DNA of 62,497 bases from Patescibacteria group bacterium (GTDB lineage: Bacteria; Patescibacteriota; Minisyncoccia; Phycocordibacterales; UBA9973), in the NCBI GenBank assembly GCA_038064635.1, contig JBBTSS010000001.1, positions 1 to 62,497 on the forward strand, read 5' to 3'. A program made the translations under genes and the position numbers. Every line of letters starts with the position of its first letter. Within the stretch, counting starts at the first letter, position 1. Of the stretch, positions 55,355-62,497 are shown piece after piece. The notes beneath the pieces were generated by a model that was not told the DNA's origin, did not search any database, and saw only the letters and a program-made list of their open reading frames with translations.

Positions 55355-55721
55355 TGTTAGCTAATTTTATATTTTTTTCTTTTATAGTATTAAAGCCTAC
55401 CAAAGCCTCTCTCACAGCAAATACCGGTGTGACCTCTTTAAATCCTAATGTATGTGAGTACTCAAGATCAATACCAGAAGACATGTCGAGATATGTAAGC
55501 TCAAGACCGCCTATATCATTAGCAAGTGTTCTAGCTTCATTTTCTAAGCTTTTTCTTTCTATAACAGAAGAAATCATATTACCTAAAACAAAAACATAAC
55601 AACAAGTAAGTACACCAAAAGAAATGAGAATCGACTTGAAAAGTCTTTCTTTTAAATTACTATTGTCTACTATGTTTACTTGCGTACCGTAATTTTTACC
55701 TTTTTGTTTTATTTCTTTCAT
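55344..55721 (-). CDS. FtsL-like bitopic membrane protein
   Basis: Position between rsmH and the PBP gene, with a single TM helix. Confidence 0.45.
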   Translation of the reverse strand: MKEIKQKGKNYGTQVNIVDNSNLKERLFKSILISFGVLTCCYVFVLGNMISSVIERKSLENEARTLANDIGGLELTYLDMSSGIDLEYSHTLGFKEVTPVFAVREALVGFNTIKEKNIKLANNEI

Positions 55722-55725
55722 ATAA

Positions 55726-56631
55726 TTAATTTAACTTTTCCATCACTCTTAATTTTGCACTTCTCGACCTGTTATTTATTTTTAATTCTTCATCGCTCGC
55801 TATTATTGGTTTTTTATTTATTAAAATTGCTACACCTTCTTCTTTCTTTTTCTTATAAAAATTTTTAACTATTCGGTCTTCCAGACTATGAAATGATATA
55901 ACCGACATCCTTCCTCCTTTTTTTAAAATATCAAACCCTCCTTCTAAGCCCTTTTCTAATGTATTTAACTCATCATTTACCGCTATACGTAAAGCTTGGA
56001 AAGTCCTCGTAGCAAAATGAATCTTCCCTTTCGTATATTTTGCTTTAATAGAATTTCTGATGACTTCCACTAACTCAAATGTAGTATTTATTTCTTTTTC
56101 TTCTCTTGCTTCTACTATGCCTTTTGCTATCCTTCGAGCTAACTTTTCTTCACCGTAACCGTATATGATATCTGCAAGACTTTCTTCACTCCAAGTATTT
56201 ACAATATCCTTTGCAGTGACATCATCTTCATTAGGATTTTCTTTCATAGTCATCATAAGCGGCTCGTCTCTCATAAAACTAAACCCTCGTCCTGCATTTT
56301 CTAATTGATCAGAACTCAAACCTAGATCTAAAATGACACCATCTACTTGTTCTATATCCAGACCGTTTACTAAAATCTTTATATCTCTGAAATTTCCATT
56401 CACGAAAGTAAATCTATCTTCGAGTCCTTTAAACTTTACCTCTCCTTTCTTCCAAGCACTTTTATCTTGATCTATACCTATGATTTTTACTTTTGGGTAT
56501 AGTTTTAAAACCTCCACACTATGTCCTCCACCACCGAAAGTACCGTCTACGACAATACCTTCTTTTTTAGTATCTAAATTTAAACCTTCTATTGTTTCTT
56601 TTAAAAGAACTGTCTTATGAACTGTTTGCAT
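55726..56631 (-). CDS. rsmH: 16S rRNA (cytosine1402-N4)-methyltransferase
   Basis: HKTVLLKETIEGL and GTFGGGGHS motifs. Confidence 0.95.
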   Translation of the reverse strand: MQTVHKTVLLKETIEGLNLDTKKEGIVVDGTFGGGGHSVEVLKLYPKVKIIGIDQDKSAWKKGEVKFKGLEDRFTFVNGNFRDIKILVNGLDIEQVDGVILDLGLSSDQLENAGRGFSFMRDEPLMMTMKENPNEDDVTAKDIVNTWSEESLADIIYGYGEEKLARRIAKGIVEAREEKEINTTFELVEVIRNSIKAKYTKGKIHFATRTFQALRIAVNDELNTLEKGLEGGFDILKKGGRMSVISFHSLEDRIVKNFYKKKKEEGVAILINKKPIIASDEELKINNRSRSAKLRVMEKLN

Positions 56632-56639
56632 ATCTATCT

Positions 56640-57080
56640 TTACTTACTATTACTTAACTTTTCTGCTAATGCGTCTGCTTCTTTTTCGACTTTCTCTTTG
56701 TATACAGTCCAAGCCTTTTCATTCCATATTTCAACTCGGTCTTCAACTCCTACTACTGCTGCAGAATTCTTTAAATTAATTCTTTCTTTGAGAAAAGGAG
56801 GAATCAATATTCTGCCGATAGAATCTATCTCTACCTCAGCTGCACGTCCAAACATAAATCTGTTAAAACTTCTTTTATCAGAAGAAAGAAAAGAAAGATC
56901 GTTTTCAGAGTTTGATAATTTCTTTGTTACTTTCTCCCATTCCTTCGTTGTAAACACAAACAAACATTGATCGAGTCCTGGGGTAATTATAATTTTCTTA
57001 CCAAGTTCCTTTCGAAACTTTACAGGCAACGACATACGATTCTTTTCATCAATTGTGTGTATATATTCGCCTAGTAACAT
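56640..57080 (-). CDS. mraZ: transcriptional regulator MraZ
   Basis: GEYIHTIDEKNRMSLPVKFR and a second DxxxR repeat (EIDSIGRILIP). Confidence 0.95.
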   Translation of the reverse strand: MLLGEYIHTIDEKNRMSLPVKFRKELGKKIIITPGLDQCLFVFTTKEWEKVTKKLSNSENDLSFLSSDKRSFNRFMFGRAAEVEIDSIGRILIPPFLKERINLKNSAAVVGVEDRVEIWNEKAWTVYKEKVEKEADALAEKLSNSK

Positions 57081-57119
57081 TTATTTAAAAAATTATGATT
57101 AATACCCAAAAACTATTTT

Positions 57120-57165
57120 CCCACTTTTTCCCACTTGCTTAATATTATATCCCACCAACCACCAC
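57120..57165 (-). promoter_or_regulatory. mra promoter with GTGGG direct repeats (candidate MraZ boxes)
   Basis: Minus-strand GTGGG occurs at 57151-57155, 57130-57134 and 57120-57124, with spacings of 21 and 10 nt. TATAAT lies at 57144-57149. Confidence 0.5.
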
Positions 57166-57180
57166 TATGCAAATAAAAAA

Positions 57181-57214
57181 ACACCTAATTGTGGATAACA
57201 ATTAGGTGTTTTTA
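57181..57214. terminator. intrinsic terminator (symmetric)
   Basis: ACACCTAATTGT-GGATA-ACAATTAGGTGT, flanked by A and T runs. Confidence 0.75.
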
Positions 57215-57243
57215 TCTTTTAAAATAAAGGTTAAGAAGAAATT

Positions 57244-57459
57244 TTACAATTCATTTTTTGGTCTAGTAGATGCTCTAAAGTCGTCATCTAATTTTTCTCT
57301 TTTTTTTGCTAGATAAGGATCTATTCCTGGAATGTTTAAAATTTTATTTCTAGCTTCTAGACTAGCAGGATCTGTTTTCCCTTCTAAGCTTTTTAATTGC
57401 TGTAAAAGATTTGTAAAATATGCTTCGTTTGATGTTCTTTTTGGAAATTCTTCTACCAT
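57244..57459 (-). CDS. hypothetical protein (71 aa)
   Basis: ORF followed by the 57181-57214 terminator. No domain recognised. Confidence 0.4.
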   Translation of the reverse strand: MVEEFPKRTSNEAYFTNLLQQLKSLEGKTDPASLEARNKILNIPGIDPYLAKKREKLDDDFRASTRPKNEL

Positions 57460-57476
57460 TTTATTTATATTAATTA

Positions 57477-57830
57477 TTAATTATCTTTTTTGTCATTCAA
57501 GAAAAGCTTATCTCCTACCCAGGTAAGGATAGACACTACGAGTGCTCCTAAAACAGCTGGGAAAAATCCAGAAACATAGAAACCTTCGATAAATGAAGCT
57601 ACAAACCAAAAGAGAAGTCCATTGATAACAAGAGAAAATAACCCTAATGTAAGTATCGTTATCGGCAATGCAAGAATATGAAGAATAGGTTTTAAGAAAA
57701 AACTCACGAGCCCCCACACAAGTGCGACGATAAGTGCGATATAAAAACTAGATACGGATATACCTGGTACAAAATACGCTGCACCAAGAACAGACAATGC
57801 CACAATCAACCATTTTAATATAAATTTCAT
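57477..57830 (-). CDS. DUF360/YvlD-type (holin superfamily IV-like) membrane protein
   Basis: Four TM helices. LKWLIVALSVLGAAYFVPGISV and LLFWFVASF are typical of this family. Confidence 0.7.
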   Translation of the reverse strand: MKFILKWLIVALSVLGAAYFVPGISVSSFYIALIVALVWGLVSFFLKPILHILALPITILTLGLFSLVINGLLFWFVASFIEGFYVSGFFPAVLGALVVSILTWVGDKLFLNDKKDN

Positions 57831-57857
57831 AAATATAAATTAGTTAAAAATTAATAA

Positions 57858-59336
57858 TTAATTATCTTCATTTCTCGGTTTCATAAGTGGGAAGAATACC
57901 GTCTCACGGATAGACTCACCTGCAAGGACTGCAAAGAGTCTCTCACCGAAACCAAAGCCACAAGTGGGTGGCATACCGTGTTCAAGCATCTCTACGAATT
58001 CCCATTCAGGCATCATAGCTTCATCGTCTCCACGCTCTATCAGACTTTGTTGTAATTCAAATCTCTCTCTTTGGTCTACTGGGTCATTTAGCTCAGAGAA
58101 ACCATTTCCAAGTTCGCTACCTGCGATAAGTGGTTGAAATCTTTCAGTAAGCTCAGGGTTAGTTGGTAAAGATTTTGAAAGTGGCGATACTATTTTTGGA
58201 TGATGCACAAGAAATGCAGGACCACTGATAGTTTTTCTGCAATATTTCCAAAGTGTATCGATGAGTCTTTCTTTGTTTGCGCCATCGTATTTTATTCCGA
58301 GTTCTTGCGCTTTCTTTTCCATCTCTTCGAGAGTTGCAGACAAAATATCTATGCCTGTTTTTTCCAAAACTGTATCTCGATAATCAATCCGTGGCCACGC
58401 ATCGCTCAAATCAAATTCATGTCCGCGCACAGAGAACTTTGTAGTGCCAAAAACTTCTTGTGCTATATACTTATACATCTTCTCTACAAGATCCATGCCG
58501 TCTTTATAATTCGCATAAGCCCAATAGAATTCCATATTTGTGAATTCTTGTAAATGGTCTGGACTAGAGCCTTCATTTCTATACACTCGTCCTATTTCAA
58601 AAGTCTTAGGAAAACCTGCTGCCATGAGACGCTTCTGCCAAAGTTCACCCACGGAAATACGTAAGTATACAGGCATATCATAATCATTGTGATGAGTTTT
58701 AAAAGGTCTTGCTTCTGCTCCTCCTGTCGTCACCTCTAGTGTCGGAGTCTCTACTTCTAAAAATCCCTCACTGAGCATAAAATCTCGAGTTGCTTTCCAG
58801 AATTTTGATTTCTTTTCTAAAATTTCTCTTAGTTTTTCATTTGTTAAAATATCCAAATATCGCTTTCTGTATCTTTCATCATCATCAGTGATGCCGTGCC
58901 ATTTTTCTGGAAGTGGGAGAAGTGTTTTTGTAAGCATCCGCCAGTCCACAGCTTCGCAAGTCTTCTCACCTCTTTTAGTCGTAAAAAAGCTTCCTTGTAT
59001 TTCCACAAAGTCTCCTATGTCTACTGTCTCAGAAAATAAATTTAATTTCTCTTCACCTATTACGTCTAATTTTAAAAGTCCTTGAAAAGTAGCTGTACCG
59101 TCATTTAAAGTTATAAAAACAATTGCACCCTGGCCTCGGATAGACATGATACGTCCAGAAATCCATTTTACTTGTCCTTCTTTTTCTTCTGTTCTTTCTA
59201 GTTGTTCAAAACTTTCAACAACTTCTTTTAGATATAACTCTCTTTTTGATTCTGCAGGAAATGGATTGATACCCTTTTCTTGTAAAAGATTTAACTTTTT
59301 AAGTCTAGCGTCTTTAATTTCATCTATTGAAGACAT
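57858..59336 (-). CDS. lysS: lysine--tRNA ligase, class II
   Basis: OB-fold N-domain and class II motifs (FRNEG-like YRNEGSSPDHLQEF, GFGFGERL). Confidence 0.95.
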   Translation of the reverse strand: MSSIDEIKDARLKKLNLLQEKGINPFPAESKRELYLKEVVESFEQLERTEEKEGQVKWISGRIMSIRGQGAIVFITLNDGTATFQGLLKLDVIGEEKLNLFSETVDIGDFVEIQGSFFTTKRGEKTCEAVDWRMLTKTLLPLPEKWHGITDDDERYRKRYLDILTNEKLREILEKKSKFWKATRDFMLSEGFLEVETPTLEVTTGGAEARPFKTHHNDYDMPVYLRISVGELWQKRLMAAGFPKTFEIGRVYRNEGSSPDHLQEFTNMEFYWAYANYKDGMDLVEKMYKYIAQEVFGTTKFSVRGHEFDLSDAWPRIDYRDTVLEKTGIDILSATLEEMEKKAQELGIKYDGANKERLIDTLWKYCRKTISGPAFLVHHPKIVSPLSKSLPTNPELTERFQPLIAGSELGNGFSELNDPVDQRERFELQQSLIERGDDEAMMPEWEFVEMLEHGMPPTCGFGFGERLFAVLAGESIRETVFFPLMKPRNEDN

Positions 59337-59364
59337 AATATTTATCGCAATTGCGAAATAAGAT

Positions 59365-59832
59365 TTAGGAAACTTTTATAATTTTATATTTAACTGCGCC
59401 TTTTGGCGTTTCGAAGTTTACGGTATCGCCTTTTTTCTTTCCAAAAAGAGCACCTCCAAAAGGAGATCTGTTTGAAATCTTTCCTTCGGCCATACTCGCT
59501 TCTTCTGAACCTACTATATGATAAGTTATTTCTTTATCAGTACCTTCTTTTACAACTACAACTTTAGAACCAACAGAGATAGTGTCCCCACCTCCACCTG
59601 TGACCACAGTAGCAGTCTGCAAAATCTTTTCTACTACCTTTATTCTTTCTTCGAGTTTACCTTGTTCTTCCCGAGCATTGTGATATTCTGCATTTTCTGA
59701 CAAGTCACCCAGTGACTTTGCGTATTCCAAAATTTCGATTATTTCTCTTCTTTTTGGGCCTCTTAGGTCCTCTAATTCCTTTTGTAAAGCAATCTTTTTT
59801 TCTTCTGTTATGTAATCTCCTGTTTTATCCAT
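59365..59832 (-). CDS. greA: transcription elongation factor GreA
   Basis: GDLSENAEYHNAREEQ motif and a C-terminal FKBP-like domain. Confidence 0.95.
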   Translation of the reverse strand: MDKTGDYITEEKKIALQKELEDLRGPKRREIIEILEYAKSLGDLSENAEYHNAREEQGKLEERIKVVEKILQTATVVTGGGGDTISVGSKVVVVKEGTDKEITYHIVGSEEASMAEGKISNRSPFGGALFGKKKGDTVNFETPKGAVKYKIIKVS

Positions 59833-59897
59833 TTAATGAATATTAACCTTTTTTAAGTGAAAAATCAATCAGTCAAAAAAACACTGATAATAAATAC

Positions 59898-60392
59898 CTA
59901 GTCACAACTATGCTCATCCGTATCACCCAAAGACACACTTGCTACAATACGAGAAGCACCTGTACTATCAGCACACCAAAAATTACCTCCTCCACCGAGA
60001 AGAGGAACTTCCACAGCCCATGCACTTGGAGTTTGATTACAAGTAGCTTGTCCAAAATGTCCTTCAGCATCGATACTATACGCACCACCCAAACCTGCTG
60101 ATTTAGAAGCAGCTATTATGAGCTTCGACAATGTTTCAGCACCACCCACAGGACCCAATGAACAGACAGAAGTATAAGTAGCTGGAGCAGCTGTATTGGT
60201 ATTATAAAAAATCTCTGCTTGAGCACGAGCACTAGATAAATTCTGTTGAACACCGGAATTAGCAGCTTTAATTCTAGTATTATTTAAAGAAATAATGACA
60301 ATTGCTGCCAAAATAGCAATAAGCGCACCAACTACTAATAATTCCATAAGGGTAAAACCTTTACTAAGTGAGCTTTTAAAAAATTTTTTCAT
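59898..60392 (-). CDS. type IV pilin-like protein (prepilin N-terminal cleavage/methylation domain)
   Basis: KGFTLMELLVVGALIAILAAIV prepilin signal, with four Cys in the globular part. Confidence 0.8.
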   Translation of the reverse strand: MKKFFKSSLSKGFTLMELLVVGALIAILAAIVIISLNNTRIKAANSGVQQNLSSARAQAEIFYNTNTAAPATYTSVCSLGPVGGAETLSKLIIAASKSAGLGGAYSIDAEGHFGQATCNQTPSAWAVEVPLLGGGGNFWCADSTGASRIVASVSLGDTDEHSCD

Positions 60393-60512
60393 GGTTTATT
60401 TTACTTTTTAATTTTGCAAGAAATAATAAGCTAATAATATCATACATTCTCCCTAGTGAAGAAATAGACATATTGACTTGCTATAAATCTAACTTATGAT
60501 AATATATACCAC

Positions 60513-60740
60513 ATGGCAAAAACAGTAATAGAAGTGAAGAAAAACCCAAACGAAAACAATATGAGTATATTGCGTCGTTTTTCTCGTAAAGTTCAAGAGT
60601 CAAATATAATCCAAAAAGTTAAAGGTTCTCGCTACAATGAAAGAAAAGAGTCAAAGATTAAAGTAAAAAAAGGAACTTTAAAAAGACTTGGCAAGAGAAA
60701 AGAAATGGAGAAACTACGAAAGTTGGGTAAGATCAAATAA
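60513..60740 (+). CDS. rpsU: 30S ribosomal protein S21
   Basis: Short, very basic protein. LRRFSRKVQESNII...RYNERKESK fits S21. Confidence 0.8.
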   Translation: MAKTVIEVKKNPNENNMSILRRFSRKVQESNIIQKVKGSRYNERKESKIKVKKGTLKRLGKRKEMEKLRKLGKIK

Positions 60741-60753
60741 ATCATTAACTAGT

Positions 60754-61206
60754 ATGGAAAATAGTCTATCTATTTTAAACCAAACAAAAGGCAAGTTACC
60801 CAACTTGCCTTTTGTTCTATTAAAGAACGACATCTTAGGAGAAAAATATTCCCTATCTATTGCATTTATAGGAGAAAAAAAATCTAAAGAAATAAATTTT
60901 AAATACAGAGGAAAAAATAATCCCACTAACATCTTATCTTTTCCATTATCAAAAACTGAAGGAGAAATTTTAATTTGTCCGAATGTGGTCAAAACACAAC
61001 TAAAACTTTGGAACAAAAATTACCGAGATTTTACAGGCTTTTTAGTTATCCACGGAATGCTTCATTTGAAAGGAATGGAACATGGGGCTATAATGGAGAA
61101 AGCAGAGAAAAAATATGATCAGAAATATTTCTATAGGAATAGACGTGGGAACAACCACGACGAGAATAGTAGTGGGCGAATTCCTAAAAGGACAAACAAA
61201 TCCTAA
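60754..61206 (+). CDS. ybeY: rRNA maturation RNase YbeY
   Basis: HGMLHLKGMEH zinc motif. The start is placed at MENSLS, and the tail overlaps ftsA. Confidence 0.8.
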   Translation: MENSLSILNQTKGKLPNLPFVLLKNDILGEKYSLSIAFIGEKKSKEINFKYRGKNNPTNILSFPLSKTEGEILICPNVVKTQLKLWNKNYRDFTGFLVIHGMLHLKGMEHGAIMEKAEKKYDQKYFYRNRRGNNHDENSSGRIPKRTNKS

Positions 61207-62278
61207 TATTATTGGTATTGGCGAATACGCCACCGCTGGTATGAGACACGGATATATCGTGTCTTTTTCGGACGTAGTAAAATCTATAAAAGGAGCTGTC
61301 GCTATGGCAGAAAAAACATCTGGCATAAAAGTAAAAAAAGCTTTTGTTTCTATAAGTAGCATCACAATGCGTGGGGACATAAGCACTGGCTCTGCTATCA
61401 TTTCTAAAGCTGACAATGAAGTGACTTTACTTGATGTAAATAAAGCCTTAGGAGAATGCGAAGATAATTTACATTTAGGTAATAAAAAATTACTTCATAC
61501 TTTTCCCATCTCTTTCAAGCTCGACGGTAAAGAGGTTCATGGCCGAGTGGAAGGAATGCGTGGAACCAAACTTGAAGTGAAAGCACTTTTAGTGACTTGT
61601 TCAAATCAACATTTTGAAGACTTGATCAGCGCCGTAGCTGAAGCAGGTATCGACATATTAGACGTCGTCGCTTCCCCTATCGCCGGAGCCCAAATAGCCT
61701 TATCTAAAAAACAAAAGATGGTAGGTGGTGGACTAGTAAATATAGGCTCTGAAACCATGTCTCTAGTCATCTTTGAAAATGAAGTACCTATCGCATTACA
61801 CAGCTTTTCTATTGGAGGATCTGATATAACAAATGACCTGGCTCTCGGATTTAAGACCACTCTCGAACAAGCTGAAAGCCTAAAAATAGGAAACAACACT
61901 CAAGCCTTTCCAAAGAAAAAAATTGACGAAATAGTCGGTGCACGTTTGACTGACATCTTTGAACTTATTGAAAATCATTTGAAAAAGATAAAAAGGTCTG
62001 AACTTCTTCCAGCTGGAGTAGCTTTCATCGGAGGTGGAGCAAAAACTTTCGGACTTGAAGAACTTTCAAAAACATATTTAAAACTTCCTTCACGTATCGG
62101 AGACACTGATTTTTTTGGTACAACAAAAACAAAACTTCGTGACCCATTTTGGTTCGTAGCGCTCGGACTCATCCTCGTAGGAAAAAATAATAACAATTAT
62201 TACGAAGGTACTTTTTCGAACTTTTTTAAAGATTTTAAAAACACTCTCAAAGGAAGCCTAAAACAACTTTTACCGTAA
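61115..62278 (+). CDS. ftsA: cell division protein FtsA
   Basis: ISIGIDVGTTTTRIVVGE actin-fold start and a GGGAK motif. Located upstream of ftsZ. Confidence 0.9.
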   Translation: MIRNISIGIDVGTTTTRIVVGEFLKGQTNPNIIGIGEYATAGMRHGYIVSFSDVVKSIKGAVAMAEKTSGIKVKKAFVSISSITMRGDISTGSAIISKADNEVTLLDVNKALGECEDNLHLGNKKLLHTFPISFKLDGKEVHGRVEGMRGTKLEVKALLVTCSNQHFEDLISAVAEAGIDILDVVASPIAGAQIALSKKQKMVGGGLVNIGSETMSLVIFENEVPIALHSFSIGGSDITNDLALGFKTTLEQAESLKIGNNTQAFPKKKIDEIVGARLTDIFELIENHLKKIKRSELLPAGVAFIGGGAKTFGLEELSKTYLKLPSRIGDTDFFGTTKTKLRDPFWFVALGLILVGKNNNNYYEGTFSNFFKDFKNTLKGSLKQLLP

Positions 62279-62378
62279 AATAACCACCCAAAAAGCTTAT
62301 TTGTCAAGGTATTCCCCTTTTTTTATTTTCTGATATGATAAGCTCTATATAAGTAAAAATTAATTTTCAAACAACATT

Positions 62379-62497
62379 ATGCCTAAACTAAACCCAGAAA
62401 TAGAAAGCTTTGCACGTATCGTCGTTATCGGAATCGGAGGTTCTGGAAAAAACGCTGTAAACCACATGATCAACTCCAAAGTCAAAGGGGTGTCTTT
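62379..62497 (+). CDS. ftsZ: cell division protein FtsZ, 5' part (runs off the window)
   Basis: Hand translation gives MPKLNPEIESFARIVVIGIGGSGKNAVNHMINSKVKG. This contains the FtsZ GxGGxG nucleotide-binding start. Confidence 0.85.
   Translation, partial: MPKLNPEIESFARIVVIGIGGSGKNAVNHMINSKVKGVS

Noticed and set aside
61042-61416. 124-aa ORF on the minus strand at the ybeY/ftsA junction
   Set aside because: It is antisense to both ybeY and ftsA, which have clear family motifs.

Overview
Visibly AT-rich, tightly packed bacterial chromosome segment. ORFs are intact under the standard genetic code. Most of it is housekeeping. It carries the full F1Fo ATP synthase operon (atpZ/I-like, B, E, F, H, A, G, D, C) and five aminoacyl-tRNA synthetases (aspS, trpS, cysS, lysS) plus gatB. 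Replication and repair genes include dnaB, recR, a holB-like gene, a priA-like gene, rmuC and a DnaQ-type exonuclease. Translation factors and ribosomal proteins include frr, prfA, rplU, rpmE, rplY, rpsU, obg, ybeY, rsmI and rsmH. A partial dcw cluster (mraZ-rsmH-ftsL-like-PBP-murF) is present, with ftsA and ftsZ at the right edge. Also present are mreB, greA, a type IV pilin, an ECF sigma module, phenylalanine hydroxylase with pterin dehydratase, and two tRNAs (Ile-GAU, Glu-CUC). The gene set is consistent with a reduced-genome bacterium of the Patescibacteria/CPR type: archaeal-type AspRS plus GatB, bifunctional PGI/PMI, MYG1, shortened holB/atpH/prfA, and almost no Shine-Dalgarno sites. This taxon call is inference only. 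The most interesting material is an accessory patch at about 40.9-48.3 kb. It contains small unknown ORFs framed by near-identical promoter-leader and terminator modules. It also holds a tandem pair of secreted HExxH proteins, an HNH nuclease, and a GIY-YIG nuclease cassette inside a 25-nt duplication of the 5' part of tRNA-Glu. Other signals: a T-box leader before aspS whose UGGC bulge fits tRNA-Asp. Two YerC/TrpR-like regulators, one coupled to trpS, lie near GTAC-centred palindromes, one of them a perfect 30-mer. The PriA homologue has degenerate ATPase motifs. Many core genes have a -10 box 6-8 nt before the ATG, implying leaderless mRNAs. Several GC-rich structured non-coding patches remain unexplained. 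No CRISPR array, rRNA, transposase or integrase was seen.
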